64,000 nt of DNA from Macrostomum lignano (GCA_002269645.1 NIVC01000282.1:186001-250000), one strand, 5' to 3'; shown: positions 50,593-63,639, counted from the first letter of the stretch. Notes: generated from the letters alone by a model not told the origin. Program-made: numbers and translations.

Positions 50593-51461
50593 TTTCCAAT
50601 AGACTTATATTACAAAACTTTTTAACAAAACAATTGCTTTAGTTAGGCAAATCAACTATTGGCCAATAAACTTTTGGAAAATTGACTTGCTATCAAAATA
50701 TTGTATAGCATCGACTATGTAGATTGCAACTAGAAAGATTATAGACCTAGCCAAGAGTTTTTAAAGATAGGCCTAATATTACTAATTAATAGGCCAATTA
50801 GGCCTTGGTCTAGGCCTATTATAAGATTTAGTTTTTAAAACATTGCTTTACATTTAAAAGTTTTTTTGCTAAGCTTAAATGCTTGTTGCAATTTTGTTTC
50901 TAAAGCTTAACTCATTCATGGTTAGGACTCTAGTAAGATTTTGAAAGTTATTTTTTAGTTTTATTTCATTTCATAAATCTCATTGACATTTGCTTGAAAA
51001 TAAAGATGCCTTACTTTTGAAAATTGGTCAAGCAATAAAAATAAAACAAGGTTACAAAACTTTTTTTGTATCTTAAATTTCTTTAAAGAATGTATTAATG
51101 CATTTACAATTTTTTTGCAATTTTTTCTAAAATTTAAGCTAATCAAGTTACGAGGCCCAGTAGGTTAAATTGCAATTGGCAAGCAGTTTTTGATGTATTA
51201 CTACAAGTGTAAGAAAGTGGTATTACGAAAATTTTGTTTAACCTCCCAAGGCTAAGAGGCATCCTTGTTTTGCTAGTTGCATTTAGACCATTGTTATGGT
51301 ATAGCTATGGTATATGCTATTGTATACAACTGAGCTCTATTCAACAATAAAACATTGAATCAGTCTCTTGTCAGCCATTTGCTCTAGCTAGACGTAGAGT
51401 GTCTTAGTTGACCTGTTTCTATTTCCACTACTACAAAAAATTCATTTTCAGTTTCTTGACC

Positions 51462-54400
51462 ATGCTACCATCGCGTGTGTTTGCTCAAACTGCTGTCTGC
51501 CTGTTTAGGCAGCCTGTAAGTCTTTAAATTTTCCATATAATATTATAGTTATGACTTTACAAACATTTGTAGTTTCAAATTGTAATTTAAGTATGTTGTC
51601 TAGCATCTGAAAGAGGTAGTACATTTTTAAGCCTTCAAATCCCTCCCAAATTCCCACCTGAACTCCCCAATCCCCACCTGAACTCCCCAATCCCCACCTG
51701 AACTCCCAAATCCCCACCTGAACTCCCCAATCCTTACCTGAACTCCCCAATTCCCACCTGAACTCCCCAATCCTCACCTGAACTCCCCAATCCCCACCTG
51801 AACTCCCCAATCCCCACCTGAACTCCCCAATCCCCACCTGAACTTCCCAATCCCCACCTGAACTCCCCAATCCCCACCTGAACTCCCCAATTCCCACCTG
51901 AAATTCCCAATCCCCACCTGAACTCCCCAATCCCCACCTGAACTCCCCAATCCCCACCCAAACTCCCCAATCCCCACCTGAACTCCCCAATCCCCACCCA
52001 AACTCCCCAATCCCCACCCAAACTCCCCAATCCCCACCCAAACTCCCCAATCCCCACCCAAACTCCCCAATCCCCACCCAAACTCCCCAATCCCCACCCA
52101 AACTCCCCAATCCCCACCCAAACTCCCCAATCCCCACCCAAACTCCCCAATCCCCACCCAAACTCCCCAATCCCCACCCAAACTCCCCAATCCCCACCCA
52201 AACTCCCCAATCCCACCCAAACTCCCCAATCCCCACCCAAACTCCCCAATCCCCACCCAAACTCCCCAATCCCCACCCAAACTCCCCAATCCCCACCCAA
52301 ACTCCCCAGTCCCCACCCAAACTCCCCAATCCCCACCCAAACTCCCCAATCCCCACCCAAACTCCCCAATCCCCACCCAAACTCCCCAGTCCCCACCCAA
52401 ACTCCCCAATCCCCACCCAAACTCCCCAATCCCCACCCAAACTCCCCAATCCCACCCAAACTCCCCAGTCCCCACCCAAACTCCCCAGTCCCCACCTGAA
52501 CTCGTTAATGGTCACCTGAGCCCCCTAAACCGCTCTCTCAGGCGACCTCACTGAGCGCGGCCGCTGCCGCAGCCAGCGCCAAGACGCCGCAGCCGAAGAA
52601 GTTCTCCATCTACCGCTACAACCCGGACCAGCCGGAGAGCAGGCCAAAGATGCAGACCTACGAGATCGACCTGAACGACTGCGGCCCGATGGTGCTTGAC
52701 GCGCTGATCAAGATCAAGAACGAGGTCGACCCGACCCTGACATTTCGCCGATCCTGCCGGGAGGGCATCTGCGGCTCCTGCTCGATGAACATTGACGGTC
52801 GCAACACCCTGGCCTGCATCTGCCCGATCGATACTAGCGGCAAAACTAGCAAAATCTATCCGCTGCCGCACATGTACATCATCAAGGACCTGGTGCCGGA
52901 CATGAACAACTTCTATGCGCAGTACAGGTGCGGCTTCCTTCTTGTATTTGCTTCAGGTCTCTGGTATGATTAAGGTGGATTAAAGAAGTGAGGTGTTTGG
53001 CTTTTGAATTGAAACCTTGTTTAAATCTTATTTAACCGACATCAAAATCTACTGGGGTGAGATTTGAGACCTGCAAATCTATTGGGTGAGATTTGAGACC
53101 TGCAGAATCTATTAGGGTGAGGTTTACAGACTTCTCAGGTGAGATTTTATGCCTAGAGACTTCTAATGCGAGATTTTAAATCAAATTTTTACGTTGGAGA
53201 GATCAGTGACCTACAAGCCACTGGTTGAGATGAATGCGTTTAGCTAAAACCCTATTTAATGGCAAGTTGTTTAACCAAAAAGCTCGCAACAACCGTTCCA
53301 TCAGGTCCATCGAGCCTTACCTGAAAAAGAAAAACTTCAAAGAGGAGGACCTCGGCAAGGAGGCCTTTCAACAGTCCATCGCCGATCGCGACAAGCTTGA
53401 CGGCCTGTACGAGTGCATTATGTGCGCCTGCTGCAGCACCTCTTGCCCGGCCTACTGGTGGAACGGCGACAAGTACCTTGGGCCCGCTGTGCTCATGCAG
53501 GTGCGAGTTGGGGACTTCTGTAGCTTTCTGCTATCGGCTCAGGTTGCTTTTGCCGCAGTGTCCGATCTTAGAGGCATGGGGCGGATCTTAGTGACATGGG
53601 GCGGATCTTAGTGACATGGGGCGGATCTTAGTATCATGGGGCGGATCTTAGTATCATGGGGCGGATCTTAGTGACATGGGGCGGATCTTAGTGACATGGG
53701 GCGGATCTTAGTGACATGGGGCGGATCTTAGTGACATGGGGCGGATCTTAGTGACATGGGGCGGATCTTAGTGACATGGGGCGGATATTAGTATCATGGG
53801 GGCGGATCTTAGAGACATGGGGCGTATCTTAGTGACATGGGGCGGATCTTAGTGACATGGGGCGGATCTTAGTGACATGGGGCGGATCTTAGTGACATAG
53901 GGCGGATCTTAGTGACATGGGGCGGATCTTAGTGACATGGGGCGGATCTTAGTGACATGGGGCGGATCTTAGTGATATGGGGCGGATCTTAGTGACATGG
54001 GGCGTAGCTTAGTGGCGTGGGGCGGATCTTCAAGAGACATGGAAGGCAGCGGATCTTAGGGGCGGTTTAGAGCTTAGAACTGAAGGTGGGGGTGTTTTTT
54101 ACCTCAACTCTAAAAACTCAATCGCGATCGTACCCCTGCATTTGCTTTGTGCTTCGCTCGCCAACCCCAGGCCTATCGCTGGATGATTGACTCGCGTGAT
54201 GATTACACATTCGAGCGGTTGGAGAGCATGCAGAATAAGGACAGCCTGTACCGCTGCCACACTATCATGAACTGCACCGAGACCTGCCCGAAGGTAAGCG
54301 CTGGTATCTGCTTGGATCATTTTCGCCCTGGTCTTTATCAGACCTGGCACCTTGCAAGCTGGTCTTTGTTGGACCTGGCGCCCTTCAAGCTGGTCTTTGT

Positions 54401-55125
54401 TGGACCTGGCACTCTTCAAGCTGGTCTTTTTTGGACCTGGCACCCTTCAAGCTGGTCTTTGTTGGACCTGGCACCCTTCAAGCTGGTCTTTGTTGGACCT
54501 GGCACCCTTCAAGCTGGTCTTTGTTGGACCTGGCACCTTGCAAGCTGGTCTTTGTTGGACCTGGCGCCCTTCAAGCTGGTCTTTGTTGGACCTGGCACTC
54601 TTCAAGCTGGTCTTTTTGGACCTGGCACCCTTCAAGCTGGTCTTTGTTGGACCTGGCACCCTTCAAGCTGGTCTTTGTTGGACCTGGCACCCTTCAAGCT
54701 GGTCTTTGTTGGACCTGGCACCCTTCAAGCTGGTCTTTGTTGGACCTGGCACCCTTCAAGCTGGTCTTTGTTGGACCTGGCACCCTTCAAGCTGGTCTTT
54801 GTTGGACCTGGCACCCTTCAAGCTGGTCTTTGTTGGACCTGGCACCCTTCAAGCTGGTCTTTGTTGGACCTGGCACCCTTCAAGCTGGTCTTTGTTGGAC
54901 CTGGCACCCTTCAAGCTGGTCTTTGTTGGACCTGGCACCCTTCAAGCTGGTCTTTGTTGGACCTGGCACCCTTCGGCTGTCTTATCTAGTCTTTGATCAA
55001 TAAATCTACAATCAATAACCCTGTTGCAGGGCCTCAACCCCGGTCGCGCTATCGCCGAGATCAAGCTGATGATGGTGAACTACAACAAGTACAAGAAGGA
55101 GACCACTAAGCAGGCGACAGCTTGA
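51462..55125 (+). CDS. SDHB: Succinate dehydrogenase iron-sulfur subunit, mitochondrial, 5 exons, 284 aa
   Basis: join(51462..51515,52542..52927,53305..53500,54171..54293,55030..55125). Transit-peptide-like N-terminus; [12 protein letters not shown]; [12 protein letters not shown]; [19 protein letters not shown]. Confidence 0.97.
51650..52500. repeat. 20-bp C-rich tandem repeat (SDHB intron 1)
   Basis: aactccccaatccccacc(tg/ca) units. Confidence 0.97.
53555..54060. repeat. 20-bp tandem repeat (SDHB intron 3)
   Basis: gggcggatcttagtgacatg units. Confidence 0.97.
54340..54975. repeat. 31-bp tandem repeat (SDHB intron 4)
   Basis: ggacctggcacccttcaagctggtctttgtt units. Confidence 0.97.
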
Positions 55126-55679
55126 AGGCCTCTTTGAACTATTTGGACTGGTGTGGATCGAAAACTGTTAAATTAAATATTTCTCGCGACTAAAACACAG
55201 CCTCTTCTTCATTAAAAGCAGTTTGTTTGTTTAAGACAGCAAAACCGATATATTAATTATCTATAGATCTGACTGTTCTACTTGTAGCAGTATAGAGAAG
55301 TTTTTTGTGTTGTTTCTCTTCGTCTGGCGTGTACAACTTCAAACCGTTTAGCCCTGAGTAGCAATCCCAGTTAGTGTTGTGCTCGCAGCCTGTAGCAGAA
55401 AGTGTTTGACAGTTTCTATGGTATCATAAGCTTGTAATATTTACTATGTAGAATATTTATAGAAGTGGAAATAGTACGAGCTATAAAGTACTCATTTACT
55501 AAAAGTTTTCTTGCTACCGTTATGCAACAAAAATATATAGGTAAGGTTAGATTGGCACTTACATCGTCATAAATCTTTGCTAAAACTTTTCCCTCATTTT
55601 TGGAGACAATGGACGCCTAACATGTCTAGAAAATTCATATCCGTTTAGTGCAACATTTTTTGATGGGTTCATTTCCAAG

Positions 55680-56580
55680 ATACCAGTATGCCATTTCCCA
55701 GCTTCCAGTATGCCATTTCCCAGCTTCCAGTATGTCATTTCCCAGATTCCAGTATGCCATTTCCCAGATACCAGTATACCATTTTCCAGCTTCCAGTATG
55801 CAATTTCCCAGATTCCAGTATGCCATTTCCCAGATTTCAGTATGCCATTTCCCAGATTTCAGTATGCCATTTCCCAGATTTCAGCATGCCATTTCCCAGA
55901 TTCCAGTATGCCATTTTCCAGATTCCAGTATGCCATTTCCCAGATTCCAGTATGCCATTTTCCAGATTCCAGTATGCCATTTCCCAGATTCCAGTATGCC
56001 ATTTCCTAGCTTCCAGTATGCCATTTCCTAGCTTCCAGTATGCCATTTCCCAGATTCCAGTATGCCATTTCCCAGATTCCAGTATGCCATTTCGCAGATT
56101 TCAGTATGCCGTTTCCCAGATTCCAGTATGCCATTTCCCAGATTCCAGTATGTCATTTCCCAGATTCCAGTATGCCATTTCCCATATGCCAGTATGCCAT
56201 TTCCCACATTCCAGTATGCCATTTCCTAGCTTCCAGTATGTGATTTCCCAGATTTCAGTATGCCATTTCGCAGATTTCAGTATGCCATTTCGCAGATTTC
56301 AGTATGCCGTTTCCCAGATTCCAGTATGCCATATCCCAGATTCCAGTATGCCATATCCCAGATTCCAGTATGCCATATCCCAGATTCCAGTATGCCATAT
56401 CCCAGATTCCAGTATGCCATATCCCAGATTCCAGTATGCCATATCCCAGATTCCAGTATGCCATATCCCAGATTCCAGTATGCCATTTCCCATATGCCAG
56501 TACGCCATTTCCCAGATTCCAGTATGCCATTTCCCAGATTCCAGTATGCCATTTCCCATATACCAGTATGCAATTTTCCA
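55680..56580. repeat. 22-bp tandem repeat between SDHB and RNF8
   Basis: ttccagtatgccatttcccaga units. Confidence 0.97.
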
Positions 56581-56613
56581 AGCAAAACTTTCCTCTAGAA
56601 GACAGCAGCTGCT

Positions 56614-59600
56614 ATGCAAGCCTCCTGTTCAATCCAGCCTGTGGTGTCGAACAGTAGCGGCAAATTATCGGCTGGCGCTGCCAGTTTGTCAGGCGAGAAT
56701 TCGACAACGCCGAAATCCAGTGCCGGCCAGTGTCGCTGCTGTCTGGTGAGTCGCGGCCCCGAGCCGGCTCTCGGCAAGACTGGAGTCTACCGGCTGTGCG
56801 GCGGCGGCGGCGGCGGCGGCGACACTCGAGCGCTGAGCATCGGTCGGCGGCCGGACGCTGATCTCATTCTCAGACACGGCTCCGCCTCTAGGCAGCAGCT
56901 GGCTCTGGTTCCGGTGGTTCGGCATGCCGGCACTCCGCCCGATCAGCTGACCGGCTGGGACTGGCGAGCAGTCGACTGCGGCAGCGCCAATGGCACGTTT
57001 GTTAACGGGCGCCGGGCGCCAGTTGACATTGGCGGCGCTAATTCGGCGCCGCCGTTACGGTGCGGCGATCGAATCACGGTGGGGCCGCCGCGCGAGTCGG
57101 TGCTTTGGCTGGAGTTCGTGGCGGCCGATTGTCCGCTGCACCGGCCGTCCGCTGTGGCTGACTGCTCCGCCAGCTTTGCTGCTTCTAGTAGGAAAAGGTC
57201 TAGCCCAGCTACAGCTAGAAATGACGCCGGAAATGGCGATGCTGAGGTGAGGTAGCTACGCTTCTTTTTCGGATGTCTTGTTAGGGTTCCGCTACCCTCC
57301 TATTTCCGGTGTCTTGTTGGGGTTCCGCTACCCTCCTATTTCCGGTGTCTTGTTGGGGTTCCGCTACCCTCCTATTTCCGGTGTCTTGTTGGGGTTCCGC
57401 TACCCTCCTATTTCCGGTGTCTTGTTGGGGTTCCGCTACCCTCCTATTTCCGGTGTCTTGTTGGGGTTCCGCTACCCTCCTATTTCCGGTGTCTTGTTGG
57501 GGTTCCGCTACCCTCCTATTTCCGGTGTCTTGTTGGGGTTCCGCTACCCTCCTATTTCCGGTGTCTTGTTGGAGTTCCGCATCTATAGATACTGTTAAAA
57601 AAATGTTGAATTATTCCAGTCATGCGCAGCGACTGCTCCAAAGCGGAAAGCATCGGACGCGAATGTGCCTTCAGGATCTGTGAGTAGCTTACCTTATACT
57701 GTGGGGCATGTAGAGCCATGCCTCAGCCATTTCAATATCCAACTTTCACTAATTAGGCCGACACCGCGGCAGACAAAGATGCCGAAGTGGCCGCTATGCG
57801 ACGGGAACTGGAGGCCCTGCGCGACCAACTGGCCGAGAAGGACCGCGCCCTGGCCGAACAGGAGCGCCAGATGCGAAAGCGTCTAGCGGACGAGGTTGAA
57901 GCCCTGGAAGCCGACAGGCTGGCCGTGATGGCCGGCTTAGAGGCGGAGATGCGCAAGGAGATGGCGGATAGGGACGCCGAGCACGAGGCGCTGCTGCAAC
58001 GGGAGAGGGCAAGGCTGGAGCAGGCGCTCAGGGATAAGGAGGCTAAGCAGGTGCGCGGTCTCTAAATCTGTCCCCAGTGTACACTCCTGACTAAATCTCT
58101 GCCCCCAGTGTACACTCCCGACCAAATCTCTGCCCCCAGTGTACACTCCCGACCAAATCTCTGCCCCCAGTGTACACTCCCGACCAAATCTCTGCCCCCA
58201 GTGTACACTCCCGACCAAATCTCTGCCCCCAGTGTACACTCCCGACCAAATCTCTGCCCCAGTGTACACTCCCGACCAAATCTCTGCCCCCAGTGTACAC
58301 TCCCGACCAAATCTCTGCCCCCAGTGTACACTCCCGACCAAATCTCTGTCCCCAGTGTACACTCCCGACCAAATCTCTGCCCCCAATGTACACACCCTTT
58401 CCCAAACACAAAGGGTCACTCACTGACCCAATCGCTACAGCCGCACACCTTGGCCACTGTTGCAGGCTGTGCTGGAAGGCGAACTGTCAAAAGCCCGCGA
58501 CGCTGCCGCCAGCTCCGACGGCGTCACCCCGGAAGCTCGCGCCGACATCATGCGCAGCCTCGCCGAAGTGCTCGAGACCGAATTGAACTGCCCAATCTGC
58601 TGCGACCTGCTAGTTGACGCCGCGACAATGCCCTGCTCGCACACGTTCTGTCGCTACTGCATCGAGGAGTGGCTGCGCAGAAAGAACGAATGCCCGCAGT
58701 GCCGGGCGCCCGGCAACGGCAGCTTGTCTCGCGCCCTAGTCGTGGACTCCTACGTTGACCGGATGGTGGCCGAGCTGGCGCCCGAGCGGAGGGCGGAACG
58801 CGACGCTCGGGTTGCGGAGCAGCGCGAGAAGTTGGATAAACTGCAGGTTTGTACGAGCCGCAGTGCTTGGGAAGGAAGGGGGTTCGATTCTATGCGATTC
58901 TCGCCCATGAGGCCCCAACTGATTTGAATTATAAACTATTAATAGTTAGCTCAGTTCAGATATGCAGATATCTTGATGGTATCATTTCAAATCACAATAT
59001 TATTCCCAAGAAACAAAATGCCACTTCCTAGAAACCACAATGCCACTTCCTAGAAACCACAATGCTTTTTCCAAGAAACAGAATGAGCTTTCCTAGAAAC
59101 CACAATGCCATTTCCAAGAAACAGAATGACCTTTCCTAGAAACCACAATGCCATTTCCAAGAAACAGAATGACCTTTCCTAGAAGCCACATTGCTATTTC
59201 CAAGAAACAGAATGACCTTTCCTTGAAGCCACATAGCTATTTCCAAGAAACAGAATGACCTTTCCTAGAAGCCACATTGCTATTTCCAAGAAACAAAATG
59301 ACCTTTCCTAGAATTAGAAGCCACATAGCTATTTCCAAGAAACAGAATGACCTTTCATAGAAGCCACAGGGCCATTTCCTAGACATTGCAATTCAATGCT
59401 ATTTCCTAGGGCCATTTCGTAAATGAAAATGGAATGCCATTTCCCTAATATCGGAATGTCATCTTTAAACCCCGAGAAATCAGAGCTCGCACATCAGTGT
59501 ATTATAAATCGCTTTATATGAATATAGATTGCCATCATTAACTGCAGGGCCGCAAGCGGCCACGCGCTGGGCAGCAGTCACAGACGCAGCAACAGCAGCA

Positions 59601-59877
59601 GCAGCAGCGACAGCAGCAAGCTGCGTCGACTTCTCGTCAGCAGCGTCAGCCGCCAGCAGCCGCGGGTCCCTCCGGCAGACGCGGAGCCGCCGCCGCCACC
59701 GCCATTGTGCTGGACAGCTCAGACTCCGACAGCGACTCGGACGCCGAATATAACGGCGGCAGCAGCACAGATTCGAGCGAGTCAATGGACGGCAATCCGA
59801 GGGCTTATTACGGCGGCTACGGCAGGTGCTATAACTGCGGCAGGCGGGGCCATTGGGCCAACGGGTGCCCGTTTTAA
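56614..59877 (+). CDS. RNF8: RNF8-like E3 ligase (FHA - coiled coil - RING - CCHC knuckle), 5 exons, ~565 aa
   Basis: join(56614..57246,57620..57679,57757..58050,58466..58846,59548..59877), all phase 0. FHA (IGRR, SRQQ, SANGTFVNG); RING VLETELNCPICC...CSHTFCRYCIEEWLRRKNECPQCR closely follows RNF8; C-terminal CYNCGRRGHWANGC. CHFR is the alternative assignment. Confidence 0.82.
57272..57580. repeat. 36-bp tandem repeat (RNF8 intron 1)
   Basis: ttggggttccgctaccctcctatttccggtgtcttg units. Confidence 0.97.
58066..58395. repeat. 31-bp tandem repeat (RNF8 intron 3)
   Basis: cccagtgtacactcccgaccaaatctctgcc units. Confidence 0.96.
59020..59420. repeat. ~43-bp tandem repeat (RNF8 intron 4)
   Basis: ttccaagaaacagaatgacctttcctagaaaccacaatgccat units. 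Confidence 0.92.
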
Positions 59878-59999
59878 TAATCGATTGAAGTTTGTTATCA
59901 TAATTGTATAGTTTTGATATTTATCGCACTTCCTGTGTTGTTCGTCCTCATAACTGCAACTCTGGCAATGTATTAGCTGCTATAATATTTTCTAGCCAT

Positions 60000-60310
60000 G
60001 ATTGCTATAGCACCCTATGTATAGCAACGATAATAGAAACAACCAGTTGCTATGGCTACTTATCGCTGCTATGGCTACTTATCGGTTGCTATGGCTCTTA
60101 TCGGTTGCTATGGCTATCGGTTGCTATGGCTAACAAGCAAGTCATGGCACCAATTAGTAGCCATGGCAAAAATTAATCGGTTGCTATGGCTACCAATCGA
60201 TTGCTATTTATCTATATTTTGCTGGATACTGGATAGAAAGCAACGAATAGGTTGTAATGGCGTCTTTAGTTCTGGGTGTTTAGAGGCGGTACTAGTAGCT
60301 ATGGCAACTT
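60000..60310. repeat. Imperfect GTTGCTATGGCTA repeat cluster
   Basis: About eight copies or variants of gttgctatggc. Confidence 0.8.
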
Positions 60311-61379
60311 GTTTTAATTTCTGTGATATATTAATAGCCTAGGTTGATACCTGTTAACGCTGTCATGGCTATAGAATCATAGCCTATGGCTATGTACATG
60401 ACTACTACAAGAAACAAATTAATATACGTGTTTTGTCAGTATGGCTGTTATGTTTCAACAGTTTCAAAAGCTTAAATTCCGTCAGCCCAAAGCGGCCGTA
60501 GCCAGCTTTTATGTACAGTCAATTCCTACCTATATTTTTCGTTATTCTAGTATCGAGCACCATACTGATTTATTATATTTGCTAATTAATTATTCTGCTT
60601 CTTGTATCCACTTTTGCAGAGAATTTCATTTTCTATGCCAGGCATGCAGAATAATATTAATTTATAACTTTAAAATAAAAAAACCAGCTGAAGTTTAGAC
60701 CCACATAATTATTATTAGTAATAATGCCGGTGAAGTTATAAATAATCAATTCTCGTATTAGCTGTTTTATTATACTCGAGTTATTCATTTTTTATTTCTG
60801 ATTATTTCTCGCCTCTAGGTAATTTCTAAGATATCGAGCGTAGCGTCCTTGTACTTCAGTTGTCCTTGACCGTGTTCAGTAGTGAGCCAATAAAATAATA
60901 GTATTCTTGAAAAGTGTCATTGAGACAGAAAGGCTGACAATTTCTGTTCTAAAATTATAGCATTTTATATATATAAAAGCCGTAACGCTATTTATTTAAG
61001 CTATTTCATTCGTGCTTAAAAAGCAGGTGACGGATAAAGATGAATAACAGGGGACAAGGAAAGGTGACTGAGTGCCGCAGCAGTGAAGTCTGCTGGGGGC
61101 GGCACTCTGGCGGGGCCAAATGCGGGGTTTCATGCAGCAGACAAACTGGCCTTGGTGTGCAACAGTACTTAAATAGAATATTTTCATCTACAGTCTGCGT
61201 GAAACAAGCAGCAACTTTATTTAAGATTACCGCGAATGTTATTTGAATATAATTGCTACATGCATATACTAATGCTCTGATTGAGATTGGTAAGTAGCGA
61301 AATGTGAAAGAGTGTAAAACAGGAAACAGTATTTGAAACAGCAGGCTGGCTAGCAAAAAAATTGTAGGTTGGTCCCAAG

Positions 61380-61715
61380 TTAGAGGAGCGGCACCATTTG
61401 ATCTTGCAGAGAAGTGGCACCCTTTGATCTAGTAGAGGAGCTACACCCTTTGATCTAGTAGAGGAGCTACACCCTTTGATCTAGTAGAGGAGCGGCACCA
61501 TTTGATCTTGCAGAGAAGTGGCACCCTAAGATCTAGTAGAGGAGCGGCACCATTTGATCTAGTAGAGGAGCGGCACCATTTGATCTTGTAGAGAAGCGGC
61601 ACCCTAAGATCTAGTAGAGGAGCGGCACCATTTGATCTAGCAGAGGAGCTACACCCTTTGATCTTGTAGAGGAGCGGCAATCTTTGATCTAGTAGAGCGG
61701 CACCCTTTGATCTAG
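61380..61715. repeat. 26-bp tandem repeat
   Basis: agaggagcggcaccatttgatctagt-type units. Confidence 0.93.
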
Positions 61716-62689
61716 TAAAACTGGGCGCCCATTGACCCAGACAAACTGTTATTGCACACACAGGACACGCTCATAGAATGCAAGCCGGTATTGTAGAAAT
61801 CACACAGTTTATACAATCCATTTTAAAGGAAAAATAGTAATAATAATAGTAATAAAACATTATAAACTCAACTGTAACGCAGCGAAGAAACAGCAGTAAA
61901 CTAAGTTGTGTAAGAAACGAAACGGTGGAGGGAGGAACACCTGGCCATGGTAAATGAGTGAGTAGTATATCACGCAAAGTGAAGAAACTAGCAAACAAAT
62001 TGAACAAAAATATAGGCTGATAAACATTACTGACTGTGACTGACGAATAAGGAAAAATAATAGAAAATAGTAGAGAATGCCAACAACAGCGGATGAGGAT
62101 TCGAAATCGGACCAGAATTAACGAGGCCTTGTTTAACTGGGCAGCATTGCATTGTTAACTGACTGACAAATAGTACACAATAATAAATTCGTAATTATTA
62201 ACAATAGCGGCTAATCTGCATAGAAACGGGGCACAACAGACGCTAAAATAGGAGTTGTGTTGCAAAAGTTTCACCATTCAAACAGAGCAGCTGTGCAAAC
62301 AGTTGCGGCTGAAATGGTCAATGCAATAAGAAAAGTCACTACAAAAATAGCTGTTTCAATTGAGTAAAATACAGACACAACACTGTGCAAAGCAGCTACA
62401 CAAATCTCTTAGCACAATGTCAGGGAAAAGCCAACACAATTGAAATACGGATTGCTATGCCGGAGGTCAGTTCAGATAAAGTAGAAATTCAGCAGCTCAT
62501 AAAAAGGGAATATTATAGACCGACACCAATGTTTTAGAACACATTTCGTTTAAGTCGACTGCGATTGGCTGAAGCCCTGGGCGCTCGCTCTGGGCCACTG
62601 CCTGGGGCGGGCCGTCTGCATTGGTTGGGTGAGCAGATAAGTAGGTTGAGTTACTGTGTAACATCACGGCCACTTGTCAAGCACTTTCA

Positions 62690-63205
62690 GCAACCTCACC
62701 AGAGGCACTCAGCAACCTTACCAGTGCCGCTCAGCAACCTCACCAGTGCCACTCAGCAACCTCACCAGTGCCACTCAGCAACCTCACCAGTGCCGCTCAG
62801 CAACCTTACCAGAGCCACTCAGCAACCTCACCAGTGCCACTCAGCAACCTCACCAGTGCCACTCAGCAACCTCACCAGAGGCACTCAGCAACCTCACCAG
62901 AGTCACTCAGCAACCTCACCAGTGCCACTCAGCAACCTCACCAGTGCCACTCAGCAACCTCACCAGTGTCACTCAGCAACCTCACCAGTGTCACACAGAA
63001 ACCTCATCAGTGCCACTCAGCAACCTCACCAGTGTCACACAGAAACCTCACCAGTGCCACTCAGCAACCTCAACAGTGTCACTCAGCAACCTCACCAGTG
63101 TCACTCAGCAACCTCACCAGTGTCACACAGAAACCTCATCAGTGCCACTCAGCAACCTCACCAGTGCCACTCAGCAACCTCACCAGAGGCACTCAGCAAC
63201 CTCAT
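62690..63205. repeat. 22-bp tandem repeat
   Basis: cagcaacctcaccagtgccact units. Confidence 0.96.
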
Positions 63206-63245
63206 CATCCCGCAGCGAATAAAACTCGTACGTACGAAATGCCAG

Positions 63246-63522
63246 CTACTGATGAACAATGACGGTGCCCGCTGCAGCAGCGGCCGCGGCGGCGGCGGTG
63301 GCAGCGGCGTTGGAGTTCTTGACGGCTTTCGATTGGCGAGAGACGTTGGGCGGCCGGCTGCCAGCGGGGGTGTGGCAGTGCAACACGTGCCGCTTCAGGT
63401 GGTCCGACCTGGCGTAGGCCTTCTCGCAGTGGCTGCAGCGGTGATCTCGCACTCCGGTGTGAATTTTCAGGTGCGTGTTGAGACTGTAGGACCGGCTGAA
63501 CGACTTGTCGCAGTTCGGGCAC
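63246..63522 (-). CDS. Exon of a C2H2 zinc-finger transcription factor (two fingers); upstream exons lie outside the window
   Basis: Acceptor tttcccag then CPNCDKSFSRSYSLNTHLKIHTG and CSHCEKAYARSDHLKRHVLHCH, a poly-Ala run, and a stop at 63246. Confidence 0.85.
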
Positions 63523-63639
63523 CTGGGAAAGTTCAGGAGCCAAGTTGGAGACTGAATAATGTGGGAGAGAGGGCAACTGACCCCCTGTGACAAGCCAAGC
63601 ATTGAAGGGGGCAGATAGCCCATTAAAAGCCGAGCTAAA

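Noticed and set aside
51505-52515. Gly/Trp-rich structural-protein-like ORFs
   Set aside because: Antisense reading of the SDHB intron 1 minisatellite.
51462-55125. Bacterial sdhB or contamination
   Set aside because: It has four GT-AG introns and a transit-peptide exon.
54147-56749. Long ORFs in SDHB intron 4 and the SDHB-RNF8 gap
   Set aside because: Repeat translations; the true SDHB exon 4 ends at the 54293 donor.
62565-63590. 341-aa plus-strand ORF
   Set aside because: A 22-bp repeat translation fused to the antisense of the zinc-finger exon.
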